From contig OZ024743.1 of NCBI GenBank assembly GCA_964016885.1, positions 85,436,001-85,500,000 on the forward strand: a DNA stretch of 64,000 bases, written 5' to 3'. How positions within the stretch are numbered: position 1 is the first letter of the stretch; every line of letters begins with the position of its first letter. Positions 1 to 12,949 of the stretch are shown here, in pieces. A program made the translations under genes and the position numbers. The notes below the pieces were generated by a model. That model was not told where the DNA came from, did no database searches, and saw nothing but the letters and a program-made list of their open reading frames with translations. Origin of the DNA: Eledone cirrhosa (Eukaryota).

Positions 1-347
1 GGTGTTGTATATACTGTAGTCTCTAATGTTGGTAGTTGTGGTGTTGTATGTACTGTAGTGTCTATGTTGGTGGTTGTGGTGTTGTATGTACTGTCGTGTT
101 GATGGTTGTGGTGTTGTATATACTGTAGTGTCTATGTTGGTAGTTGTGGTGTTGTATGTACTGTCGTGTCTATGTTGGTGGTTGTGGTGTTGTATATACT
201 GTAGTGTCTATGTTGGTAGTTGTGGTGTTGTATGTACTGTAGTGTCTATGTTGGTGGTTGTGGTGTTGTATGTACTGTAGTGTCTATGTTGGTAGTTGTG
301 GTGTTGTATGTACTGTAGTGTCTATGTTGGTGGTTGTGGTGTTGTAT

Positions 348-661
348 TATAGCGGAATACTAGTGTGTATGAATGTAACAAGGAGACATGGTTTGTGTGT
401 ATAATATTTAATCAACAATTTAACAGTATAGTTGACATGTCAATGAATAAACGAAAGAATGAAGCAAAGTTAGTAGTTACCGTTTTGATTGCCAAGCAAA
501 CGCGGCTGGCAGAAGACGCCAGGCGAAGGCCAGGCGCCGGAAGGGCAAAAGCGAGAGTGAGAACTTAAAGTTGTTAGTTTTATAGGGTTCTGACCGGAAG
601 TTACAGAAAGCGTTCTACTTCCTGTCTAGATGGTGTAATCTATTGGGGTTGTGAGTGTACA
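348..661 (-). mobile_element. Solo LTR (314 bp) inserted in a satellite monomer, copy 1
   Basis: Flanked by the 4-bp direct repeat GTAT (344-347, 662-665). Minus strand begins TGTACA and ends CCGCTATA (TG..CA with one change). It carries CCAAT, ETS-type CAGGAAGT/ACTTCCGGT, TATAAAA (578-584), an Inr-like TCACTCT ~25 bp downstream and ATTAAA (407-412). Confidence 0.8.
553..645 (-). promoter_or_regulatory. LTR U3-type Pol II core promoter (CCAAT, ETS, TATA, Inr); repeated at +8,083
   Basis: The motifs occur in canonical order and spacing on the minus strand. Activity is not shown by sequence. Confidence 0.5.
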
Positions 662-3600
662 GTATGTACTGTAGTGTCTATGGTGGTAGTTGTGGTGTTG
701 TATGTACTGTAGTGTCTATGTTGGTAGTTGCGGTGTTGTATGTAATGTAGTGTCTATGTTGGTGGTTGTGGTGTTGTATGTACGTTAGTGTCTATGTTGG
801 TAGTTGTGGTGTTGTAAGTACTGTAGTGTCTATGTTGGTAGTTGTGGTGTTGTATGTACTGTAGTGTCTATGTTGGTAGTTGTGGTGTTGTATGTACTGT
901 AGTGTCTATGTTGGTAGTTGTGGTGTCTCATGTACTGTAGTGTCTATGTTGGTAGGTGTGATGTCTCATGTACTGTAGTGTCTATGTTGGTAGTTGTGGT
1001 GTTTTATGTACTGTAGTGTCTATGGTGGTAGTTGTGGTGTTGTATGTACTGTAGTGTCTATGTTGGTAGTTGTGGTCTTGTAGTGTCTATGTTCGTAGTT
1101 GTGGTGTTGTATGTACTGTAGTGTCTATGTTGGTAGTTGTGGTGTTGTATGTACTGTAGTGTCTATGTTGGTAGTTGTGGTGTTGTACGTACTGTTGTGT
1201 CTATGATCGTAGTTGTGGTGTTGTACGTACTGTTGTGTGTATGTAGGTAGGTGTAGTGTTGTATGTACTGTAGTTTCTATGTTGGTAGTTGTGGTGTTTT
1301 ATGTACTGTGGTATCTATGTTGGTAGTTGTGGTGTTGTACGTACTGTTGTGTCTATGTTGGTGGTTGTGGTGTTGTATGTACTGCAGTGTGTATGTTGGT
1401 AGTTGTGGTGTTGTATGTAATGTTGTGTCTATGGTGGTAGTTGTGGAGTTGTATGTACTGTAGTGTCTATGTTGGTAGCTGTGGTGTTGTAGTACTGTAG
1501 TGTCTATGTTGGTAGTTGTGGTGTTGCACGTACTGTTGTGTCTATGTTGGTAGTTGTGCTGTTGTAGGTACTGTACTGTCCATGTTGGTAGTTGTTGTGT
1601 TGTATGTACTGTAGTGTCTATATTGCTAGTTGTGGTGTTGTATGTACTGTAGTGTCTATGTTGGTAGTTGTGGTGTTGTATGTACTGTAGAGTCTATGTT
1701 GGTAGTTGTCGTGTTATACATACTGTAGTGTCTATGTTGGTAGTTGTGGTGTTGTATGTAATGTAGTGTCTATGTTGGTGGTTGTGGTGTTGTACGTACT
1801 GCTGTGTCTATGTTGGTAGTTGTGGTGTTGTACGTACTATTGTGTGTATGTAGGTAGGTGTGGTGGTGTATGTACTTTAGTGTCTATGTTGGTAGTTGTG
1901 GTGTTTTATGTACTGTACTCTCTATGTTAGTAGTTGTGGTGTTGTATGTAATGTAGTGTCTGTATTGGTAGTTGTGGTGTTGTATGTACTGTAGTGTCTA
2001 TGGTGGTAGTTGTGGTAGTTGTATATACTGTAGTGTCTATGTTGGTAGTTGTGGTCTTGTATGTATTGTAGTGTCTATGTTGGTAGTTGTGGTGTTTTAT
2101 GTACTGTGGTATCTTTGTTGCTAGTTGTGGTGTTGTACGTACTGTTGTGTCTATGTTGGTGGTTGTGGTGTTGTATGTACTGCAGTGTCTATGTTGGTAG
2201 TTGTGGTGTTGTATGTAATGTTGTGTCTATGGTGGTAATTGTGGAGTTGTATGTACTGTAGTGTCTATGTTGGTAGCTGTGGTGTTGTAGTACTGTAGTG
2301 TCTATGTCGGTAGTTGTGGTGTTGCACGTACTGTTGTGTCTATGTTGGTAGTTGTGCTGTTGTAGGTACTGTACTGTCCATGTTGGTAGTTGTTGTGTTG
2401 TATGTACTGTAGTGTCTATATTGCTAGTTGTGGTGTTGTATGTACTGTAGTGTCTATGTTGGTAGTTGTGGTGTTGTATGTACTGTAGAGTCTATGTTGG
2501 TAGTTGTCGTGTTATACATACTGTAGTGTCTATGTTGGTAGTTGTGGTGTTGTATGTAATGTAGTGTCTATGTTGGTGGTTGTGGTGTTGTACGTACTGT
2601 TGTTTGTATGTGGGTAGATGTGGTGGTGTATGTACTTTAGTGTCTATGTAGGTACTTGTGGTGTTTTATGTACTGTAGTCTCTATGTTGGTAGTTGTGGT
2701 GTTGTAGTACTGTAGTGTCTATGTTAGTAGTTGTGGTGTTGTATGTAATGTACTGTCTGTATTGGTAGTTGTGGTGTTGTATGTACTGTAGTGTCTATGG
2801 TGGTAGTTGTGGTGTTGTATATACTGTAGTGTCTATGTTGGCAGTTGTGGTGTTGTATTACTGTAGTGTCTATATCGTTAATTGTGGTGTTATAGGAACT
2901 GTAGTGTCTATGGTGGTAGTTGTGGTATTGTATGTACTATAGTATCTATGTTGGTGGTTGTGGTGCTGTATGTACTGTAGTGTTTATGTTGGTAGTTGTG
3001 GTGTTGTACATACTGTAGTGTCTATCTTGGTAGTTGTGGTGTTGTATTTACTGTAGTGTCTATATAGCTAGTTGTGGTGTTGTATGTACTATAGTATCTA
3101 TGTTGGTGGTTGTGGTGCTGTATGTACTGTAGTGTTTATGTTGGTAGTTGTGGTGTTGTACATACTGTAGTGTCTATCTTGGTAGTTGTGGTGTTATATT
3201 TACTGTAGTGTCTATGTAGGTAGTTGTGGTGTTGTATGTACTGTAGTGTCTATGTTGGTTGTTGTAGTGTTGTATGTAATGTAGTGTCTGTATTGGTAGT
3301 TGTGATGTTATATGTACTGTAGTGTCAATGTTGGTAGTTGTGGTGTTGTATGTACTGTAGTGTCTATGTTGGTGTTTGTGGTGTTGTACATACTGTAATG
3401 TCTATGTTGGTAGTTGTGGTGTTATATGTAATGTAGTGTCAATGTTGGTAGTCGTGGTGTTATATATACTGTAGTGTCTATGTTGGTGGTTGTGGTGTTG
3501 TATGTACTGTAGTTTCTATGTTGGTAGTTGTGTTGTTGTATGTACGATAGTGTCTATGTTGGTAGTTGTGGTGTTGTATGTACTGTAGTGTCTATGTTGG

Positions 3601-6600
3601 TAGCTGTGGTGTTGTAGTACTGTAGTGTCTATGTTGGTAGTTGTGGTGTTGCACGTACTGTTATGTCTATGTTGGTAGTTGTGCTGTTGTAGGTACTGTA
3701 CTGTCCATGTTGGTAGTTGTTGTGTTGTATGTACTGTAGTGTCTATATTGCTAGTTGTGGTGTTGTATGTACTGTAGTGTCTATGTTGGTAGTTGTGGTG
3801 TTGTATGTACTGTAGAGTCTATGTTGGTAGTTGTCGTGTTATACATACTGTAGTGTCTATGTTGGTAGTTGTGGTGTTGTATGTAATGTAGTGTCTATGT
3901 TGGTGGTTGTGGTGTTGTACGTACTGTTGTTTGTATGTGGGTAGATGTGGTGGTGTATGTACTTTAGTGTCTATGTAGGTACTTGTGGTGTTTTATGTAC
4001 TGTAGTCTCTATGTTGGTAGTTGTGGTGTTGTAGTACTGTAGTGTCTATGTTAGTAGTTGTGGTGTTGTATGTAATGTACTGTCTGTATTGGTAGTTGTG
4101 GTGTTGTATGTACTGTAGTGTCTATGGTGGTAGTTGTGGTGTTGTATATACTGTAGTGTCTATGTTGGCAGTTGTGGTGTTGTATTACTGTAGTGTCTAT
4201 ATCGTTAGTTGTGGTGTTATAGGAACTGTAGTGTCTATGGTAGTAGTTGTGGTATTGTATGTACTATAGTATCTATGTTGGTGGTTGTGGTGCTGTATGT
4301 ACTGTAGTGTTTATGTTGGTAGTTGTGGTGTTGTACATACTGTAGTGTCTATCTTGGTAGTTGTGGTGTTGTATTTACTGTAGTGTCTATATAGCTAGTT
4401 GTGGTGTTGTATGTACTATAGTATCTATGTTGGTGGTTGTGGTGCTGTATGTACTGTAGTGTTTATGTTGGTAGTTGTGGTGTTGTACATACTGTAGTGT
4501 CTATCTTGGTAGTTGTGGTGTTATATTTACTGTAGTGTCTATGTAGGTAGTTGTGGTGTTGTATGTACTGTAGTGTCTATGTTGGTTGTTGTGGTGTTGT
4601 ATGTAATGTAGTGTCTGTATTGGTAGTTGTGATGTTATATGTACTGTAGTGTCAATGTTGGTAGTTGTGGTGTTGTATGTACTGTAGTGTCTATGTTGGT
4701 GTTTGTGGTGTTGTACATACTGTAATGTCTATGTTGGTAGTTGTGGTGTTATATGTAATGTAGTGTCAATGTTGGTAGTCGTGGTGTTATATATACTGTA
4801 GTGTCTATGTTGGTGGTTGTGGTGTTGTATGTACTGTAGTTTCTATGTAGGTAGTTGTGTTGTTGTATGTACGATAGTGTCTATGTTGGTAGTTGTGGTG
4901 TTGTATGTACTGTAGTGTCTATGTTGGTAGTTGTGATGTTGTATGTACTATAATGTCTATGTTGGTAGTTGTGGTGTTGTATGTACTGTAGTGTCTATGG
5001 TGGTAGTTGTGGTGTTGTATGTACTGTAGTGTCTATGTTGGTTGTTGTGGTGTTTAACATACTGTAGTGTCTATGTTGGTAGTTGTGATGTTGTATGTAC
5101 TGTAGTGTCTATATCAGTAGTTGTGGTGTTGTAGTACTGTAGTGTCTATGTTGGTAGTTGTGGTGTTGTATTTACTGTAGTGTCTACGTTGGTAATTGTG
5201 GTGTTGTATGTACTGTAGTGTCTATTTTGGGAGCTGTGGTGTTGTATGTACTGTAGTGTCTATTTTGGGAGCTGTGGTGTTGTATGTACTGTAGTGTCTA
5301 TATTGGAAGTTGTGGGGTTGTATGTAGTGTCGTGCCCATGTTGGTAGTTGTGGTGTTGCACGTACTGTTGTGTCTATGTTGGTAGTTGTGCTGTTGTAGG
5401 TACTGTAGTGTCTATGTTGATAGTTGTGGTCTTGTATGTATTGTAGTGTCTATGTTCGTAGTTGTGGTGTTGTACGTACTGTTGTGTCTATGATCGTAGT
5501 AGTGGTGTTGTACGTACTGTTGTGTGTATGTAGGTAGGTGTAGTGTTGCATGTACTGTAGTGTCTATGTTGGTAGTTGTGGTGTTTTATGTACTGTGGTA
5601 TCTATGTTGGTAGTTGTGGTGTTGTACGTACTGTTGTGTCTATGTTGGTGGTTGTGGTGTTGTATGTACTGCAGTGTCTATGTTGGTAGTTGTGGTGTTG
5701 TATGTAATGTAGTGTCTATGGTGGTAGTTGTGGAGTTGTATGTACTGTAGTGTCTATGTTGGTAGCTGTGGTGTTGTAGTACTGTAGTGTCTATGTTGGT
5801 AGTTGTGGTGTTGCACGTACTGTTGTGTCTATGTTGGTAGTTGTGCTGTTGTAGGTACTGTACTGTCCATGTTGGTAGTTGTTGTGTTGTATGTACTGTA
5901 GTGTCTATATTGCTAGTTGTGGTGTTGTATGTACTGTAGTGTCTATGTTGGTAGTTGTGGTGTTGTATGTACTGTAGAGTCTATGTTGGTAGTTGTCGTG
6001 TTATACATACTGTAGTGTCTATGTTGGTAGTTGTGGTGTTGTATGTAATGTAGTGTCTATGTTGGTGGTTGTGGTGTTGTACGTACTGCTGTGTCTATGT
6101 TGGTAGTTGTGGTGTTGTACGTACTATTGTGTGTATGTAGGTAGGTGTGGTGGTGTATGTACTTTAGTGTCTATGTTGGTAGTTGTGGTGTTTTATGTAC
6201 TGTACTCTCTATGTTAGTAGTTGTGGTGTTGTATGTAATGTAGTGTCTGTATTGGTAGTTGTGGTGTTGTATGTACTGTAGTGTCTATGGTGGTAGTTGT
6301 GGTAGTTGTATATACTGTAGTGTCTATGTTGGCAGTTGTGGTGTTGTATTACTGTAGTGTCTATCTTGGTAGTTGTGGTGTTGTATGTACTGTAGTGTCT
6401 ATGGTGGTAGTTGTGGTGTTGTATGTACTATAGTATCTATGTTGGTGGTTGTGGTGCTGTATGTACTGTAGTGTTTATGTTGGTAGTTATGGTGTTGTAC
6501 ATACTGTAGTGTCTATCTTGGTAGTTGTGGTGTTATATTTACTGTAGTGTCTATGTAGGTAGTTGTGGTGTTTAACATACTGTAGTGTCTATGTTGGTAG

Positions 6601-8430
6601 TTGTGATGTTGTATGTACTGTAGTGTATATGTTGGTAGTTGTGGTGTTGTACGTAATGTAGTGTCTATGTTGGTAGTTGTGGTGTTGTATTTACTTTAGT
6701 GTCTATGTTGGTAGTTGTGGTGTTGTATGTACTGTAGTGTCTATGTTGGTAGTTGTGGTGTTGTATTTACTGTAGTGTCTATGTTGGTGGTTGTGGTGTT
6801 GTATGTACTGTAGTGTCTATGGTGGTAGTTGTAGTGTTGTATGTACTGTAGTGTCTATGTTGGTAGTTGTGGTGTTGTATGTAGTGTAGTGACTATGTTG
6901 ATAGTTGTGTTGTTGTATGTACTGTAGTGTCTATGTTGGTAGTTGTGCTGTTGTAGTATGTAGTGTCTATGTTGGTAGTTGTGGTGTTGTATGTAATGTA
7001 GTATCTATGGTGGTAGTTGTGGTGTTGTACATACTGTAGTGTCTATGTTGGTAGTTGTGGTGTTTTATTTAATGTAGTGTCCATGTTGGTAGTTGTGGTG
7101 TTGTATGTAATGTAGTGTCTGTATTGGTAGTTGTGGTGTTGTACGTACTGTAGTGTCTATGTGGGTAGTTGTGGTGTTATATATACAGTAGACTCTATGT
7201 TGGTAGTTGTGGTGTTGTAGTACTGTAGTGTCTATATCATTAGTTGTGGTCTTATAGTTACTGTAGTGTCTCTGTTGGTGGTTGTGGTGTTGTATGTACT
7301 GTAGTGTCTATGTTGGTAGTTGTGGTGTTGTATGTACTGTAGTGTCTATGTTAGTAGTTGTGGTGTTGTACATACTATAGTGTCTATGTTGGTAGTTGTG
7401 GTGTTGTATGTACGATAGTGTCTATGTTGGTAGTTGTGGTGTTGTATGTACTGTAGTGTCTATGTTGGTAGTTGTGATGTTGTATGTACTGTTTTGTCTA
7501 TGTTGGTAGTTGTGGTGTTGTATGTACTGTAGTATCTATGTTGGTAGTTGTGGTGTTGTAAGTACTATAATGTCTATGTTGGTAGTTGTGGTGTTGTATG
7601 TACTGTAGTGTCTATGTTAGTAGTTGTGATGTTGTATGTACTGTAGTGTCTATGTTGGTGGTTGTGGTGTTGTATGTACTGTAGTGTCTATGTTGGTAGT
7701 TGTGATGTTCTATGTACTCTAGTGTATATGTTGGTAGTTGTGATGTTGTATGTACTGTAGTGTCTATGTTGGTAGTTGTGGTGGTGTATGTACTGTAATG
7801 TCTATGTTGGTATTTGTGGTGTTGTATGTACTGTAGTGTCTATGTTGGTAGTTGTGGTGTTGTATGTACTGTAGTGTCTATGTTGGTGGTTGTGGTGTTG
7901 TATGTACTGTAGTGTCTATGTTGGTAGTTGTGGTGTCGTATGTACTGTAGCGTCTATGTTGGTAGTTGTGGTGTCGTATGTACTGTAGCGTCTATGTTGG
8001 TCGTTGTGGTGTTGTATGTACTGTAATGTCTATGTTGGTAGTTGTGGTGTTGTATTTACTGTAGTGTCTATGTTGGTAGTTGTGGTGTTGTATATACTGT
8101 AGTCTCTAATGTTGGTAGTTGTGGTGTTGTATGTACTGTAGTGTCTATGTTGGTGGTTGTGGTGTTGTATGTACTGTCGTGTTGATGGTTGTGGTGTTGT
8201 ATATACTGTAGTGTCTATGTTGGTAGTTGTGGTGTTGTATGTACTGTCGTGTCTATGTTGGTGGTTGTGGTGTTGTATATACTGTAGTGTCTATGTTGGT
8301 AGTTGTGGTGTTGTATGTACTGTAGTGTCTATGTTGGTGGTTGTGGTGTTGTATGTACTGTAGTGTCTATGTTGGTAGTTGTGGTGTTGTATGTACTGTA
8401 GTGTCTATGTTGGTGGTTGTGGTGTTGTAT

Positions 8431-8744
8431 TATAGCGGAATACTAGTGTGTATGAATGTAACAAGGAGACATGGTTTGTGTGTATAATATTTAATCAACA
8501 ATTTAACAGTATAGTTGACATGTCAATGAATAAACGAAAGAATGAAGCAAAGTTAGTAGTTACCGTTTTGATTGCCAAGCAAACGCGGCTGGCAGAAGAC
8601 GCCAGGCGAAGGCCAGGCGCCGGAAGGGCAAAAGCGAGAGTGAGAACTTAAAGTTGTTAGTTTTATAGGGTTCTGACCGGAAGTTACAGAAAGCGTTCTA
8701 CTTCCTGTCTAGATGGTGTAATCTATTGGGGTTGTGAGTGTACA
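8431..8744 (-). mobile_element. Solo LTR, copy 2 (apparently identical to copy 1)
   Basis: Same sequence as 348-661 at offset 8,083, with the same GTAT flanks (8427-8430, 8745-8748) and the same flanking satellite variants. Confidence 0.8.
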
Positions 8745-11700
8745 GTATGTACTGTAGTGTCTATGGTGGTAGTTGTGGTGTTGTGAGTGTACAGTATGTA
8801 CTGTCGTGTCTATGGTGGTAGTTGTGGTGTTGTATGTACTGTAGTGTCTATGTTGGTAGTTGCGGTGTTGTATGTAATGTAGTGTCTATGTTGGTGGTTG
8901 TGGTGTTGTATGTACGTTAGTGTCTATGTTGGTAGTTGTGGTGTTGTAAGTACTGTAGTGTCTATATTGGTAGTTGTGGTGTTGTATGTACTGTAGTGTC
9001 TATGTTGGTAGTTGTGGTGTTGTATGTACTGTAGTGTCTATGTTGGTAGTTGTGGTGTAGTATGTACTGTAGTGTCTATGTTGGTAGTTGTGGTGTTTTA
9101 TGTACTGTAGTGTCTATGGTGGTAGTTGTGGTGTTTTATGTACTGTAGTGTCTATGGTGGTAGTTGTGGTGTTGTATGTACTGTAGTGTCTATGTTGGTG
9201 GTTGTGGTGTAGTAGTACTGTAGTGTCTATGTTGTGGTGTTGTATGTACTGTAGTGTCTATGTTGGTAGTTGTGGTGTAGTAGTACTGTAGTGTCTATGT
9301 TGTGGTGTTGTATGTACTGTAGTGTCTATGTTGGTGGTTGTGGTGCTGTATGTACTGTAGTGTCTATGTTGGTAGTTGTGGTGTAGTAGTACTGTAGTGT
9401 CTATGTTGTGGTGTTGTATGTACTGTAGTGTCTATGTTGGTAGTTGTGGTGTTGCATGTACTGTAGTGTCTATGTTGGTAGTTGTGGTTTCGCATGTACT
9501 GTAGTGTCTATGTTGGTAGTTGTGGTGCTGTATGTAGTGCCTATGTTCGTAGTTGTGGTGTTGTATGTAGTGTCTATGGTGGTAGTTGTGTTGTCGTATG
9601 TAATGTAGTGTCTATGTTGGTAGTTGTGGTGTTGTATGTACTGTAGTGTCTATGGTGGTAGTTGTAGTGTTGTATCTACTGTAGTGTATATGTTGGTAGT
9701 TGTGGTGTTGTATGTACTGTAGTGTCTATGTTGGTAGTTGTGGTGTTGTATATACTGTAGTTTCTATGTTGGTAGTTGTTGTGTTGTATGTACTGTAGTG
9801 TCTATATTGGTAGTTGTGGTGTTGTATGTACTGTAGTGTCTATGTTGGTAGTTGTGGTGTTGTATCTACTGTAGTGTCTATGGTGGTAGTTGTGGTGTTG
9901 TATGTACTGTAGTGTCTATGTTGGTAGTTGTGGTGTTGTATGTACTGTAGTGTCTATGTTGGTAGATGTGGTGTTGTATGTAGTGTAGTGTCTATGTTGG
10001 TAGTTGTGATGTTGTAAGTACTGTAGTGTCTATGTTGGTAGTTGTGGTGTTGTATGTACTGTAGTGTCTATGTTGGTAGTTGTGGTGTCGCATGTACTGT
10101 AGTGTCTATGTTGGTAGTTGTGGTGTCGCATGTACTGTAGTGTCTATGTTGGTAGTTGTGGTGCTGTATGTAGTGATTACGTTCGTAGTTGTTGTGTTGT
10201 ATGTACTGTAATGTCTATGTTGGTGGTTGTGGTGTTGTATGTACTGTAGTGTCTATGTTGGTAGTTGTGGTGTTGTATGTACAGTAGTGTCTATGTTGGT
10301 AGTTGTGGTGTTGTATGTACTGTAATGTCTATGTTGGTGGTTGTGGTGTTGTATGTACTGTAGTGTCTATGTTGGTAGTTGTGGTGTTGTATGTACTGTA
10401 GTGTCTATGTTGGTAGTTGTGGTGTTGTATGTACTGTAGTGTCTATGTTGGTAGTTGTGGTGTTGTATGTACTGCAGTGTCTATGTTGGTAGTTGTGGTG
10501 TTGTATGTACTGTAGTGTCTATGTTGGTAGTTGTGGTGTCTTATGTACTGTAGTGTCTATGGTGGTAGTTGTGGTGTTGTATGTACTGTAATGTCTATGT
10601 TGGTGGTTGTGGTGTTGTATGTACTGTAGTGTCTATGTTGGTAGTTGTGGTGTTGTATGTACTGTAGTGTCTATGTTGGTAGTTGTGGTGTTGTATGTAC
10701 TTTAGTGTCTATGTTGGTAGTTGCGGTGTTGTATGTACTGCAGTGTCTATGTTCGTAGTTGTGGTGTTGTATGTACTGTAGTGTCTATGTTGGTAGTTGT
10801 GGTGTTGTGTGTACTGTAGTGTCTATTTTGGTGGTTGTGGTGTTGTATGTACTGTAGTGTCTATATTGGTAGTTGTGGTGTTGTATTTACTGTAGTGTCT
10901 ATGTTGGTAGTTGTGGTGTTGTATTTACTGTAGTGACTATGTTGGTAGTTGTGGTGTTGTATGTACTGTAGTGTCTATGTTGGTAGTTGTGGTGTTGTAT
11001 GTACTGTAGTGTCTATGTTGGTAGTTGTGGTGTTGTATTTACTGTAGTGTCTATGTTGGTAGTTGTGGTGTTGTATGTACTGTAGTGTCTATGTTGGTAG
11101 TTGTGGTGTTGTATGTACAGTAGTGTCTATGTTGGTAGTTGTGGTGTTGTATTTACTGTAGTGTCTATGTTGGTAGTTGTGGTGTTGTATTTACTGTAGT
11201 GTCTATGTTGGTAGTTGTGGTGTTGTATGTACTGTAGTGTCTATGTTGGTAGTTGTGGTGTTGTATTTACTGTAGTGTCTATGTTGGTAATTGTGGTGCT
11301 GTATGTACTGTAGTGTCTATGTTGGTAGTTGTGGTGTTGTATGTACTGTAGTGTCTATGTTGGTAGTTGTGGTGTTGTATGTACTGCAGTGTCTATGTTG
11401 GTAGTTGTGGTGTTGTATTTACTGTAGTGTCTATGTTGGTAGTTGTGGTGTTGTATTTACTGTAGTGTTTATGTTGGTAGTTGTGGTGTTGTATGTACTG
11501 TAGTGTCTATGTTGGTAGTTGTGGTGTTGTATGTACTGTAGTGTCTATGTTGGTAGTTGTGGTGTTGTATGTACTGTAGTCACTATGTTGGTAGTTGTGG
11601 TGCTGTATGTACTGTAGTGTCTATGTTGGTAGTTGTGGTGTTGTATGTACTGTAGTGTCTATGTTGCTAGTTGTGGTGTTGTATGTACTGTAGTGTCTAT

Positions 11701-12949
11701 GTTGGTAGTTGTGGTGTTGTATTTACTGTAGTGTCTATGTTGGTAGTTGTGGTGATGTATGTACTGTTGTGTATATGTTGGTAGTTGTGGTGTTGTATGT
11801 AGTGTCTATGGTGGTAGTTGTGTTGTCGTATGTAATATAGTGTTTATGTTGGTAGTTGTGGTGTTGTATGTACTGTAGTGCCTATGTTGGTAGTTGTGAT
11901 GTTGAATGTACTGTAGTGTCTATATTGGTAGTTGTGGTGTTGTATGTACTGTAGTGTCTATGTTGGTGGTTGTGGTGTTGTATGTACTGTAGTGTCTATG
12001 GTAGTAGTTGTGGTGTTGTATGTACTGTAGTGTCTATATTGGTGGTTGTGGTGTTGTATGTACTGTGGTGTCTATGTTGGTAGTTGTCGGGGTGTATGTA
12101 CTGTAATGTCTATGTTGGTAGTTGTGGTGTTGTATGTACTGTAGTGTCTATGTTAGTGGTTGTGGTGTTGTATGTACTGTAGTGTCTATGTTGGTAGTTG
12201 TGGTGTTGTATGTACTGTAGTGTCTATGTTAGTACTTGTGGTGTTGTATGTACTGTAGTGTCTATGGTGGTAGTTGTGGTGTTGTATGTACTGTAGCGTC
12301 TATGTTGGTAATTGTGGTGTTGTATGTACTGTAGTGTCTATGTTGGTGGTTGTGGTGTTGTATGTACTGTAGTGTCTATGTTGGTAGTTGTGCTGTTGCA
12401 TGTACTGTAGTGTCTATGTTGGTAGTTGTGGTGTTGTATGTACTGTAGCGTCTATGTTGGTGGTTGCGGTGTTGTATGTAATGTAGTGTCTATGTTGGTA
12501 GTTGTGGTGTTGTATTTACTGTAGTGTCTATGTTGGTGGTTGTGGTGTTGTATGTACTGTTGTGTCTATGTTGGTAATTGTGGTGTTGTATGTACTGTAG
12601 TGTCTATGTTGGTGGTTGTGTTGTTGTATGTAATGTAGTGTCTATGTTGGTGGTTGTGGTGTTGTATTTACTGTAGTGTCTATGTTGGTAGTTGTGGTGT
12701 TGTATGTACTGTAGTGTCGATGTTGGTAGTTGTGGTGTTGTATTTACTGTAGTGTCTATGTTGGTAGTTGTGCTGTTGTATGTACTGTAGTGTCTATGTT
12801 GGTGGTTGCGGTGTTGTATGTACTGTAGTTCCTATGGTGGTAGTTGTGGTGTTGTATGTACTGTAGTGTCTATGTTGGTAGTTGTGGTGTTGTAAGTACT
12901 GTAGTGTCTATGTTGGTGGTTGTGGTGTTGTAAGTACTGTAGTGTCTAT

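Noticed and set aside
365-568. 67-aa ORF inside the LTR (also 8448-8651)
   Set aside because: Non-ATG start, antisense to the LTR promoter motifs, and no recognisable domain.
74-8363. Cys/Val-rich ORFs in the satellite (74, 1263, 2049, 5550, 8157)
   Set aside because: They are chance loss of the recurring TAG in variant monomers; the 38-bp period is not a codon multiple.
348-8744. One 8.4-kb LTR retrotransposon with a satellite interior
   Set aside because: Each LTR has its own TSD pair and identical flanks. There is no PBS, PPT or coding interior, so a block duplication explains it.
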